A DNA stretch of 20,000 bases from positions 56,427 through 76,426 of IMG/VR virus record IMGVR_UViG_3300003402_000002; one strand, 5' to 3'. A program made the position numbers and the translations under genes. The stretch comes from an uncultured virus (IMG/VR IMGVR_UViG_3300003402_000002). Lineage: Duplodnaviria > Heunggongvirae > Uroviricota > Caudoviricetes. Below, piece by piece: positions 8,167-18,102 of the stretch. Numbering within the stretch: position 1 is the stretch's first letter; each line of letters starts with the position of its first letter. The notes under the pieces are model-generated. The model searched no databases. It saw only the letters and a list, made by a program, of their open reading frames with translations, and had not been told where the DNA came from.

Positions 8167-9882
8167 TTAGAGTGGTTGCATGTGTCGAATGATCAACTGA
8201 GGTTTGCGGAAATCCCGAAAAGAGTTGACCGACATTTCATACACGATTCGAGCTTTTTGAGGAATACTCTCTACGAACTCGGAGAAGAAGTGAATGCCTT
8301 CCACCGTCGAACCGTCACGAGGATCAATCAAGGATAGTTTCAGGTGCTTTTCTTTCAGCACACGACAGTCCTCTCCGTCGATCTCAAAGACGTTTTCGAA
8401 CACCGGTGTCGGGAAACCCTGTCCCCATGGACCGGAAGCATCTAGGAGGTCTACGAACCCTGTTTCGAAATACCCCACCGGAAGCTCGCCGTCAGTATAC
8501 AACACAGCGTCCAGGAGTTCAGGAGTAAGCAGACTCGCTGCGACGCTATCGAAAGCGTCCCGGAATCGCTCTACGTCGTCTTTCAGAATACTTAGTCCGG
8601 CGGCCATGGCGTGCCCACCAAACTTCTTTAGAAGCCCAGGACATCTCGCGTCCACTAACACCAAGGCATCCCTCAAATGAAAGCCAGGAATGCTCCGAGC
8701 AGACCCCCGTAATTCGTCTGAACCCGGTGTCGCAGGAGCAAGCGCCACAACCGGTCGATGGAGAGCTTCTTTAAGCTTCGAAGCGACCAGCCCCACGATA
8801 CCGGGATGCCAACTCGGGTCAAAGACGGTAACACCATGTTGGTCTCTAGAGTAGTGTTTCTCCAGGAGCAGTTCGGCTTCCCCAACCATCTCTAGTTGCT
8901 TTTCTTTACGGGAGTCGTTGATCTCTTCCAACATATCCACGTACTGAACGATTTGGTAAGGGTCGTCGCTAGTGAGAATCGTGATTCCTACTGTCATGTC
9001 ATCCATGCGACCAGCGGCATTGAGCCTGGGGCCTACGGCAAAGGCGAAATCAGTGGCGGTAAGTTCTTTGATGTTCTTACCTGCTTTCTCGATCAAACAC
9101 CGCAAACCTTTGGAAACCTTACCCGAACGGATACGGCGTAGACCGACAGCGACGAGAATACGGTTGTTGTAGTCCAGTGGTACCAAGTCAGCTACTGTAC
9201 CCAGGGCCACCAGGTCAAGTAAGGAGACCAGGTCTGGTTCCGCTTGAGTAACGGGTTGGTCGGTTTTTAGAACGTGACGTGTCGCCAGGAGCGTGTAGAA
9301 GATCACGCCGACGCCAGCCAGGGCTTTGGATGGAAACGGATCACCTTTGACGTTGGGGTTCACTATAGCGTCTGCTTCAGGGAGGGTTTCGCCTTGAAGA
9401 TGGTGGTCGGTAACGACGACTTTGATTCCTTTGGATTTGGCATAAGCCACGCCTTCTAAACTCGAAACGCCGGAGTCCACCGTGATGATCAACTGTGTCC
9501 TGTCGTCCATGGTGTCGATTAGACCAGGAGTGAGACCGTAGCCGTGGACGAAGCGGTTCGGAACGACGTACTTGACGTTCTGAGCACCGAGGAGTTTGAG
9601 TCCTCGGTAAGCTACGGATGTACCCGTCGCACCGTCGCAATCGTAATCCCCGGAGATCGTGATCCACCACTGCTCACGGATAGCCTGAGCGATGAGTTTC
9701 GCGGCAGGGACAATACCACCCAATTCTTTCCAATGGAGCAGTCCGGACAGTAAGTGTCTGACGGATTCAGGTTTCACCGAACCCCGAGCTGCATAGATCC
9801 GCCGAATCACCGGCGGAATCTCTGAAGGCCAGTCCGCATCGTTATAACGGGGTACGGGCCGCTGTTCAATCTTAATGGACAT
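8167..9882 (-). CDS. recJ: Single-stranded-DNA 5'-3' exonuclease RecJ (571 aa)
   Basis: GDYDCDG, PNRF..GYGL, ITVDSG, TDHH, GTVADLVPL, PRLNAAGR, GSARS and FGGHAMAAG; full bacterial length. Confidence 0.96.
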   Translation of the reverse strand: MSIKIEQRPVPRYNDADWPSEIPPVIRRIYAARGSVKPESVRHLLSGLLHWKELGGIVPAAKLIAQAIREQWWITISGDYDCDGATGTSVAYRGLKLLGAQNVKYVVPNRFVHGYGLTPGLIDTMDDRTQLIITVDSGVSSLEGVAYAKSKGIKVVVTDHHLQGETLPEADAIVNPNVKGDPFPSKALAGVGVIFYTLLATRHVLKTDQPVTQAEPDLVSLLDLVALGTVADLVPLDYNNRILVAVGLRRIRSGKVSKGLRCLIEKAGKNIKELTATDFAFAVGPRLNAAGRMDDMTVGITILTSDDPYQIVQYVDMLEEINDSRKEKQLEMVGEAELLLEKHYSRDQHGVTVFDPSWHPGIVGLVASKLKEALHRPVVALAPATPGSDELRGSARSIPGFHLRDALVLVDARCPGLLKKFGGHAMAAGLSILKDDVERFRDAFDSVAASLLTPELLDAVLYTDGELPVGYFETGFVDLLDASGPWGQGFPTPVFENVFEIDGEDCRVLKEKHLKLSLIDPRDGSTVEGIHFFSEFVESIPQKARIVYEMSVNSFRDFRKPQLIIRHMQPL

Positions 9883-9957
9883 GTTTGAGCAGATCCTCGT
9901 GGCCCGTAGTGTGGAGAGAGTATGTAGTATCCCTCACTTCCGTAATAAACAACGAGC

Positions 9958-9997
9958 ACACTAAGCCTTCGGACTCTAGAGTCCGAAGGCTTAGTGT
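9958..9997. repeat. 40-bp perfect palindrome
   Basis: ACACTAAGCCTTCGGACTCT|AGAGTCCGAAGGCTTAGTGT, 17 nt after the HTH gene stop. Confidence 0.88.
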
Positions 9998-10014
9998 TTT
10001 ATGCGTTCACTGAC

Positions 10015-10317
10015 TTACCACCGGTTCACTGGCATCAACGGCGAAGCATTGCGCTCTTTCTTGGGAGCCGCTTGCGGTTTGTCTTCCCCCACGCGTGCCA
10101 GGTCGTCCAGCGCCGCAGTGACGAGATCCCGATAATTGGTTCCCAGGTAACGCGCCAGAGTCGTCAACTGTTCGATCGACGGGATTTCGATACCCTCTTG
10201 GGCTTCACGGAGCACTTTTTCGGAGAGGCCGGTGCCTTTGGTGACTTCAGCGAGGTCTTTGTCTTTGAGGAGCTTGGTGAGCTTTTTGCTGACCTTTGGA
10301 AAACGCACGTTAGCCAT
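10015..10317 (-). CDS. XRE/Cro-like helix-turn-helix protein (100 aa)
   Basis: LAEVTKGTGLSEKVL..AQEG...PSIEQLTTLARYLG matches the XRE HTH pattern; AAGGA RBS. Confidence 0.75.
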   Translation of the reverse strand: MANVRFPKVSKKLTKLLKDKDLAEVTKGTGLSEKVLREAQEGIEIPSIEQLTTLARYLGTNYRDLVTAALDDLARVGEDKPQAAPKKERNASPLMPVNRW

Positions 10318-10958
10318 TTCTTGCTTTCCTTCTTGAAAAAGAATCGGTGGGGTTCAGACATCATCTCGTAACATTCAGGCAACGACCGGTTGTCGAATAC
10401 CTTGAGTTTAGTGAGCTTGTCGCTCCGTTCCGTGGGGAGGCGCCAGACTTCCACCGCCCCACCACACGTCGGTTCCATCGTGAACGCACCAAACATACTG
10501 CGTACCGGACACACAACGTGCTTATACTCTTCGCGTAATCGGTTAAAAGCCACACCACCGGACCCGATGGACACGCTGGCGTATTTCCGATAGGTGTAGT
10601 AGGCCAGAGCGATTTTACCGCTATGCCCTTCAAGTTCCACCACACCGTCCAGGCCGAACAAGAGGAGGGTGAAGGAATTCTCGTTGTTGAGCATACGCAG
10701 CTCGTCAACGAATTTATACCGATTGATTACCAGATCCAACGATCCCATTAAGGCCAACTCACCCGCCGCCTTGATGACTTCGGCATCGCCCGCGCCGGCA
10801 TACCCGTAGAACACATCCTTGAACTTGTGTTTCGCACTCCACATTTTGATCGGTTTGTCGTAAGGGAATATCTTTCCCGTCTGGAACTCGTACCCTTTGG
10901 TGGTTAGACGGCAAGAGTCTGCCAGCACCAGTCCGTGGGTTACAGCGATCAACGTCAT
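10164..10958 (-). CDS. N-terminal-threonine hydrolase, HslV/proteasome beta-subunit-like
   Basis: M-T-LIA...LADS start, GKI, AGAGD, SIGSGG and PTCGG.V match the Ntn protease pattern. The last ~51 codons overlap the HTH gene. Confidence 0.65.
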   Translation of the reverse strand: MTLIAVTHGLVLADSCRLTTKGYEFQTGKIFPYDKPIKMWSAKHKFKDVFYGYAGAGDAEVIKAAGELALMGSLDLVINRYKFVDELRMLNNENSFTLLLFGLDGVVELEGHSGKIALAYYTYRKYASVSIGSGGVAFNRLREEYKHVVCPVRSMFGAFTMEPTCGGAVEVWRLPTERSDKLTKLKVFDNRSLPECYEMMSEPHRFFFKKESKKWLTCVFQRSAKSSPSSSKTKTSLKSPKAPASPKKCSVKPKRVSKSRRSNS

Positions 10959-10974
10959 TGATAATCCCCTATGT

Positions 10975-11547
10975 TCAGTTCACAGTCCGGTGAGAAGGTA
11001 CGTAGTCGCTGAGGACATAGCCACCTTCTTCTTCGAAAAACGCTTTGAGTTTTGCCACGGCCTCCGATCCATTACTGACTTGGATCGGTGACATGGTGTT
11101 CTCAGGAGTACTCAACCCCACCGTGAGTATCGGAGCAGTGACCTGTGGTAAGGTAAACGCACTACGTGTCACCCCATCACCGTCGGAGGGTGTCTGTGAC
11201 AGGTGCACCTGCGCCAACTTGAATGCGCCGTCGACACGTTTGACAAACCCCACCAGGATGTCGATCTCCAGACGTACTCCTACGTCCGTATGCATCATCG
11301 ACATCAAGACGTGTCCCATCAGTAGCGGTAAGATCTGCGGAGTGTTCTTCACACGCAAATCGAATTCGAGGGACGATACGGGGACAGTAACGTGCACGCC
11401 TTCATCGTCGAAATACGCTTCACCAGGAGCTGATTGGATCCTCAGAAAGCGGGTTTGAATAGCCTCCAGGAGATTCCGACAGTATTCCTTACGTCCGGTA
11501 AAGTCCTTGGGTAGTTTGATACGAACGATTTGGTAATACTGATGCAC
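10975..11547 (-). CDS. Hypothetical protein (190 aa)
   Basis: Start moved to GTG 11547 behind AGGAG; the track start lies inside a hairpin. Confidence 0.75.
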   Translation of the reverse strand: MHQYYQIVRIKLPKDFTGRKEYCRNLLEAIQTRFLRIQSAPGEAYFDDEGVHVTVPVSSLEFDLRVKNTPQILPLLMGHVLMSMMHTDVGVRLEIDILVGFVKRVDGAFKLAQVHLSQTPSDGDGVTRSAFTLPQVTAPILTVGLSTPENTMSPIQVSNGSEAVAKLKAFFEEEGGYVLSDYVPSHRTVN

Positions 11548-11571
11548 GATAGGTCTCCTATGAAAGAAGGA

Positions 11572-11608
11572 CCATAAACCCACCCCTATCGAAGGGGTGG
11601 GTTTATGG
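11572..11608. repeat. 16-bp inverted repeat after ligA
   Basis: CCATAAACCCACCCCT (11572-11587) / AGGGGTGGGTTTATGG (11593-11608). Confidence 0.85.
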
Positions 11609-11614
11609 AGGGCA

Positions 11615-13642
<2,028 letters not shown>

Positions 13643-13651
13643 CTAAAGAGA

Positions 13652-13667
13652 TAGTATACGTCTGAAA
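13652..13667 (-). promoter_or_regulatory. Putative phage-RNAP promoter TTTCAGA-CG-TATACTA
   Basis: Lies 33 nt upstream of the ligA ATG; 14/16 identical to the motif at 14575-14590. Confidence 0.55.
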
Positions 13668-13702
13668 CTCCTTAATATCGGGCAAAAGAATAAAGAACCA
13701 CA

Positions 13703-13742
13703 CATAAGCCTCCCCTACCGATTGTGGTAGGGGAGGCTTATG
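13703..13742. repeat. 17-bp inverted repeat
   Basis: CATAAGCCTCCCCTACC (13703-13719) / GGTAGGGGAGGCTTATG (13726-13742), 2 nt after the stop at 13745. Confidence 0.87.
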
Positions 13743-13744
13743 AC

Positions 13745-14533
13745 TCAGAACATTTTCAATGTCGCATAGTCGTACTGGCGTCCTGGGTAGGACTTATTCA
13801 AATCCTTGAGGAACTTGACCACCCACGCTTTGAATAGTGGGAGGGCCGTTTCACCTTCCTTCAGTGTCTCATAAGGAAGGTCGACTGTTATCTCATACAT
13901 TCCAGTATCGGCCCCCGACAGTTCCACAATGACGAAGTCGGCGGTGAACAACTCCAACTTCTCTTCCCTGATTTTAAGGCGTGTCTGTAGTTGTTTTCGC
14001 CAGGTCGAAGAGACCTTTTCCAAACTGTCATGAAAGGCTCCTTCCTGGATCAAATCGCTCTCGACAAATTCCCTGAGTGTGTCGGCGTTCATGAAGTAGA
14101 ACGTATCCAACAGTACCGGACGTCGGTAGATAAGACTGGCTGCTTCGTTGTGGTCGTTGGACACGACAGCCCAGTAATACCCTGATGGACCGACTCCGAG
14201 TTCCACGCGCTCGAACCAGGCACATTGAGCTTGGATCTGCAGCTCCAGAGTGTGACGGAGTTTTTCGTCTTCCGGTACACGCAGGTAACGGGGTAATAGC
14301 ATCTGCCCGGCTCTTCCGACGTCGACATCAGTATCGAAGAGTTCACGGTAGAAGTCCAGTTCTGTCAATTCCTCGAACGCCGCCGCAAACTCCCTTACAC
14401 ATTCTTTGGCTATGCGTAACCCACCCACACCGTTCAAGATATTGATGTGCTCCAGAGAGAAGGTGAGTCGATTGAATTTTTGTTGAGCATTGGGGACGTT
14501 CGCCGAACGGATTTGTTTTACTTCTGCATTCAT
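13745..14533 (-). CDS. Hypothetical protein (262 aa)
   Basis: GGAG RBS before ATG 14533; bounded by a promoter-like motif and a hairpin. Confidence 0.82.
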   Translation of the reverse strand: MNAEVKQIRSANVPNAQQKFNRLTFSLEHINILNGVGGLRIAKECVREFAAAFEELTELDFYRELFDTDVDVGRAGQMLLPRYLRVPEDEKLRHTLELQIQAQCAWFERVELGVGPSGYYWAVVSNDHNEAASLIYRRPVLLDTFYFMNADTLREFVESDLIQEGAFHDSLEKVSSTWRKQLQTRLKIREEKLELFTADFVIVELSGADTGMYEITVDLPYETLKEGETALPLFKAWVVKFLKDLNKSYPGRQYDYATLKMF

Positions 14534-14574
14534 GACGATACTCCGGTTCTTTAGGTGAGGTATGTACAGCGGAG

Positions 14575-14590
14575 TAGTATAGTTCTGAAA
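14575..14590 (-). promoter_or_regulatory. Putative phage-RNAP promoter TTTCAGA-AC-TATACTA(C)
   Basis: Lies 41 nt upstream of ATG 14533 in an AT-rich spacer; matches 13652-13667. Confidence 0.55.
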
Positions 14591-14620
14591 TAATTTTGAA
14601 ATCAGAAAAAATGAGAAATC

Positions 14621-14668
14621 ACACTAGCTCTTCCCTGGACCTTTTGGGGTCCAGGGAAGAGCTAGTGT
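14621..14668. repeat. 21-bp inverted repeat
   Basis: ACACTAGCTCTTCCCTGGACC (14621-14641) / GGTCCAGGGAAGAGCTAGTGT (14648-14668), 3 nt after the stop at 14672. Confidence 0.88.
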
Positions 14669-14671
14669 TTG

Positions 14672-15229
14672 TTAAGCGGCTAACGCGCGAAGTTCTTCTG
14701 TTGTTGCCTCACCATTGGCTTTGAGCTTGATGAGATTGAACAAATGCTCCATGGGTGCTTCGAAGTACAACGCGATGTCTTCTTCACACTCGCTCAAGTA
14801 CCCCACTGCACCCTTTCGAACGCGACTGGCGCCGATCATCATCGGTCCTGCTGTGGTTAGGTACAGAGGGCGCAAGAGGAGTTTGGACATTTCCGTCCCT
14901 TCCAACGCTTCGAAAAGCTTACTGTAATCTTCTTCACTGGACGCTTGAAGGAAGATGGCCAGGAATACCAAGAACGGTTTGAGCTCTTCGAACGGTCCCG
15001 TGATGACGGTGTGGTCGATCTTGGACAGCACGCAAGTCTTGAACACGAGTTCTGTGTCCGACACCGCCACCACAGAACCACCGTATCCCAACTCAAACTC
15101 CGCTGTCCGTGACAAAGCGTCGCCGACGGTGGTTTCGTAGGAACCCATGAGCGTACCTACGACACGCCCACCGACACGAGCCACCGAGCGTTCGTTACCG
15201 TCATACCGGTATTGGTCGACTTTGATCAC
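14672..15229 (-). CDS. Hypothetical protein (185 aa)
   Basis: GTGA start/stop overlap with the upstream gene; AGGAG RBS. Confidence 0.8.
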   Translation of the reverse strand: MIKVDQYRYDGNERSVARVGGRVVGTLMGSYETTVGDALSRTAEFELGYGGSVVAVSDTELVFKTCVLSKIDHTVITGPFEELKPFLVFLAIFLQASSEEDYSKLFEALEGTEMSKLLLRPLYLTTAGPMMIGASRVRKGAVGYLSECEEDIALYFEAPMEHLFNLIKLKANGEATTEELRALAA

Positions 15230-16062
15230 TTCACTCTCCTTTCGATCAATTCCAAGGCTTTATCGTACTGGATTTTCTCTTTCATGGCCAGAACGATGGC
15301 GGCTGAAGTCTCGTGTCCTTCGTCCAGTAGGCGTTGAATTTCACTTTCTTGTTCGGTAGCGTAGTACGTATCGGTATCTTGGGTCGGATGAGCGATACGG
15401 TTGAAGGCACACAAAGCGTCCGACAAAGCCCAGTAACTGTGGACGTGAAAGCCCAGAAATAGTACCGTGGTGTTCCTGACCCTCCGCATTTCGTTCAGCA
15501 AATGGTTGTACGCCACCACGCACTCATGTGACATCTGAGTTTTGTGCTCAGCCGCCGTTGTTCCCACCAGCAAGTTGTGTAGCCGTACCTGAGGAAACTG
15601 TCCCAGCGGACAATCGAGTAGGAGTTTGTACAGGGTCTTGGTGGCACCACCCAGATACAGTGGGAAACGGTCGGGATGGTGGTTCTTGACAACCTTGACT
15701 TCTCGGGTGAGGAGCCATTCCACCACAGGCAGCCCGTGCTCGTATGTCGGCATGCCGTAAGCGCGGGCTGAGAAGAACGGTCGGTAGATCTGACCCATTG
15801 CACGCCCTTCGACACCGACAACCACCATTTTTTCTCGGTCGATTTCGTAGTTCTTGTGTGTACCAGCGATGTGGACTAACAGCAAGTCCGTCGAAGGGGA
15901 GTAGTTCCAGAACCAACGCGTGCCATCGGACATGATTCGATCGCCTTGGGCGTTCAAGTCGGATGTCCAGTGCTTCTCAAGCCAGAAAATCGCATTGGCC
16001 ATACCACCCAGATTGTCAGTCCATTCTTCGCGGTACGGTACCAGATTCGGATCAGCTTTCAT
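15226..16062 (-). CDS. Hypothetical protein (278 aa) with a possible degenerate uracil-DNA-glycosylase-like C-terminal half
   Basis: GAGGA RBS. The segment GGATKTLYKLL...VRLHNLL...EC...HLLNEMRRVRNTTVLFLG...RIAHPT is colinear with the family-4 UDG scaffold. Confidence refers to the CDS; the UDG-like call is weaker. Confidence 0.7.
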   Translation of the reverse strand: MKADPNLVPYREEWTDNLGGMANAIFWLEKHWTSDLNAQGDRIMSDGTRWFWNYSPSTDLLLVHIAGTHKNYEIDREKMVVVGVEGRAMGQIYRPFFSARAYGMPTYEHGLPVVEWLLTREVKVVKNHHPDRFPLYLGGATKTLYKLLLDCPLGQFPQVRLHNLLVGTTAAEHKTQMSHECVVAYNHLLNEMRRVRNTTVLFLGFHVHSYWALSDALCAFNRIAHPTQDTDTYYATEQESEIQRLLDEGHETSAAIVLAMKEKIQYDKALELIERRVK

Positions 16063-16158
16063 CGTTTCATTCCTCAGCAGGTTAGATGTTCATTACACCA
16101 ACAATGTCCCATTGGACGAGGTGCAATGTTTTTTAGAGCTATTAAGACGGCTACACGT

Positions 16159-16473
16159 TTACTTGCGCAGTCGTCGCTTTTGAAGGTACATTTTGAGAAA
16201 AAGTACTCCCATCACTAGAGTCACCACTGGCCACAACACTGACGTCAGAAAACATCGGAATGGCGAACCGTAGAGTGTTTTGATAAAACGCTCGTGAAAC
16301 GGTGACAAAGGCTTACCGGAAAGTCGAGCCACTTCAAGCTTGAATACGGCGTTGGTGGAGGTACGAAAGTAAGTCTCCAGGACGAACCAGAAATATACCG
16401 CCAAAGAAGCAATTAGTAAGAAACTCATGGAAGTGTCCTTCTTGTACAAGACTGAAGTGTAGACTATTGTCAT
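16159..16473 (-). CDS. Small two-TM membrane protein
   Basis: Hydrophobic segments FLLIASLAVYFWFVL and FLTSVLWPVVTLVMGVLFL, with a basic tail. ATGA overlap at 16470-16473; alternative ATG at 16428. Confidence 0.72.
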   Translation of the reverse strand: MTIVYTSVLYKKDTSMSFLLIASLAVYFWFVLETYFRTSTNAVFKLEVARLSGKPLSPFHERFIKTLYGSPFRCFLTSVLWPVVTLVMGVLFLKMYLQKRRLRK

Positions 16474-16877
16474 TCTTTATTCGTAACTTCAGTTTTGCGA
16501 CTGGCTTCGAGAATTGGCAGGTTGGCTTCGGTGGGGATGTAGATGACCTGGTTCTTGGTATGCTCGAGGTTATTGACGAACAGGTAACGCAAATACGCCT
16601 CGTTGTCTTTGAGACTATTGCCAATAATCTTGTTCGCTTGAGCCACACCTCGGGCGCGGATGACTTCTGCATCGGCATACGACTGAGCGCTTTCCTTGGC
16701 CGCCAGGGCTTCCTGGACTTTCACTTGCTTGCTGGCGAGAGACTCCGCGAGTTGAGCCTGGCCCGACAACCGACTGGCGTAGACGCTGTACTGAGGAATA
16801 GCCCAGAGTAACGCTACGCCACCGAGGGCGGCAATCACCACAACGGTGATAAGATGTTTCAGCGAATTGTCTTTCAT
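16470..16877 (-). CDS. Membrane-anchored protein resembling the C-terminal part of SPFH/prohibitin-family proteins (135 aa)
   Basis: N-terminal TM helix, Ala/Glu-rich coiled coil, A.G.A.AN.II..SL...YLRY and VIYIPTE..LPILEA. Confidence 0.7.
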   Translation of the reverse strand: MKDNSLKHLITVVVIAALGGVALLWAIPQYSVYASRLSGQAQLAESLASKQVKVQEALAAKESAQSYADAEVIRARGVAQANKIIGNSLKDNEAYLRYLFVNNLEHTKNQVIYIPTEANLPILEASRKTEVTNKE

Positions 16878-16941
16878 GCCTTCTGTTCCTTTAAAAATTG
16901 ACGGGATGTACCTCGGAGGGACTTTTCAACACTCGATGGTC

Positions 16942-17187
16942 TTAATCAGTCATCGTTCCTTTGCAGAAAAAACGGACGGTGTCGACGAGTTGTTGTACGG
17001 TGTAGATGCGAACGGCTTCTTCGTCAGGGATGGAGATATTAAACTCAGTTTCGACGTCCGCGACCAACTCAACGACATCCAGCGAGTCAGCAAAGAGATC
17101 TTCCACTAAGCGAGAGGATAGGGGCGCATCCTTGACTGCGAGAATGTACCTGACGGATTTGAGTACGCGTTCTTCAATGGAAGGCAT
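16942..17187 (-). CDS. acpP: Acyl carrier protein (81 aa)
   Basis: SIEERV...LVEDLFADSLDVVELV..VETEFNISIPDEEA..I.TVQQ.VD matches ACP; the phosphopantetheine Ser in DSL is present. Confidence 0.88.
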   Translation of the reverse strand: MPSIEERVLKSVRYILAVKDAPLSSRLVEDLFADSLDVVELVADVETEFNISIPDEEAVRIYTVQQLVDTVRFFCKGTMTD

Positions 17188-17204
17188 CTAGGAATCCTGA
17201 ATGG

Positions 17205-17660
17205 TTATCGTAACAAGGGCGAGATATCGAGAGTATCTCTACCGCGTTGTTGAAGTTTGCGACGGATCTCTACAGCGCTATCGCGCCGGAAGTCGATGCT
17301 TGGGTTAACCGTGTTGTCTTGCAACTCGCCGTCATCAGTGTACAAGTTAGCGACGCCTGCAATACTAACGGCGAGAAGTTCACGCAAGATCCGCAGTTCT
17401 TCGATTTTCGGATCCGGTCGTTTGGTTGGATTCTTTTCCAAATACGACTCGACCAGACGGCGCACTATCTTAGCATCTTCAGAGAGCTGTCCTTCTTCCA
17501 ATTGTTCTCTAATACAGACGTTAAATAACGCCTCATCCGCGACTTTATCGAAGAAAGCCTCCATCTCCATCAAAGACGCCTGACTCTCATCTTCGACGAT
17601 CTCGTTCCAGATCGTACGGGCTTCAGTTTTGGTGACAATTAGACTGGAGTGTGCGCCCAT
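17205..17660 (-). CDS. Hypothetical phage protein (151 aa)
   Basis: Start at ATG 17660 behind AGGAG. C-terminal block LYTDDGELQD...IDFRRD. Confidence 0.78.
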   Translation of the reverse strand: MGAHSSLIVTKTEARTIWNEIVEDESQASLMEMEAFFDKVADEALFNVCIREQLEEGQLSEDAKIVRRLVESYLEKNPTKRPDPKIEELRILRELLAVSIAGVANLYTDDGELQDNTVNPSIDFRRDSAVEIRRKLQQRGRDTLDISPLLR

Positions 17661-17729
17661 GTTTTTCTCCTGTGAAAGGCGATTACACTTACGCAAGATC
17701 GCCCAAGCGAGATACACTCCAGAGAATGT

Positions 17730-18074
17730 TTACTCATCGGGTTTTTCCGCGTCAGGTGATTGACAAGGTGGTAAGTGGGGTAAGAATCGTCTCGCATTCA
17801 ACACCACCCACTTTGCTACTTTGACCCATCCCTGAGGCGTTTCCCTGACTTCAGACGACCATGGGCTGATGAATGACAACAGGTAAATAGCCACTCCATG
17901 TTCAAAAGACAACCCTCCTTCCGCCCACTCTTCACGATACTGGTAACACTTATCACCATGGGCTATGATGAGTCCATCATTAATCCCCGAATTTACCGGT
18001 AAACCTTCGACCTGACAGAGTTTCTGGTAAAAAGTCACGAAATGTTGCATCAAGTAATCGTAGTGGTTGGACAC
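17730..18074 (-). CDS. Hypothetical protein (114 aa)
   Basis: GAGGT RBS before GTG 18074. Confidence 0.72.
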   Translation of the reverse strand: MSNHYDYLMQHFVTFYQKLCQVEGLPVNSGINDGLIIAHGDKCYQYREEWAEGGLSFEHGVAIYLLSFISPWSSEVRETPQGWVKVAKWVVLNARRFLPHLPPCQSPDAEKPDE

Positions 18075-18102
18075 AAGGTCACCTCTTAATTTGATNGTTT
18101 AC

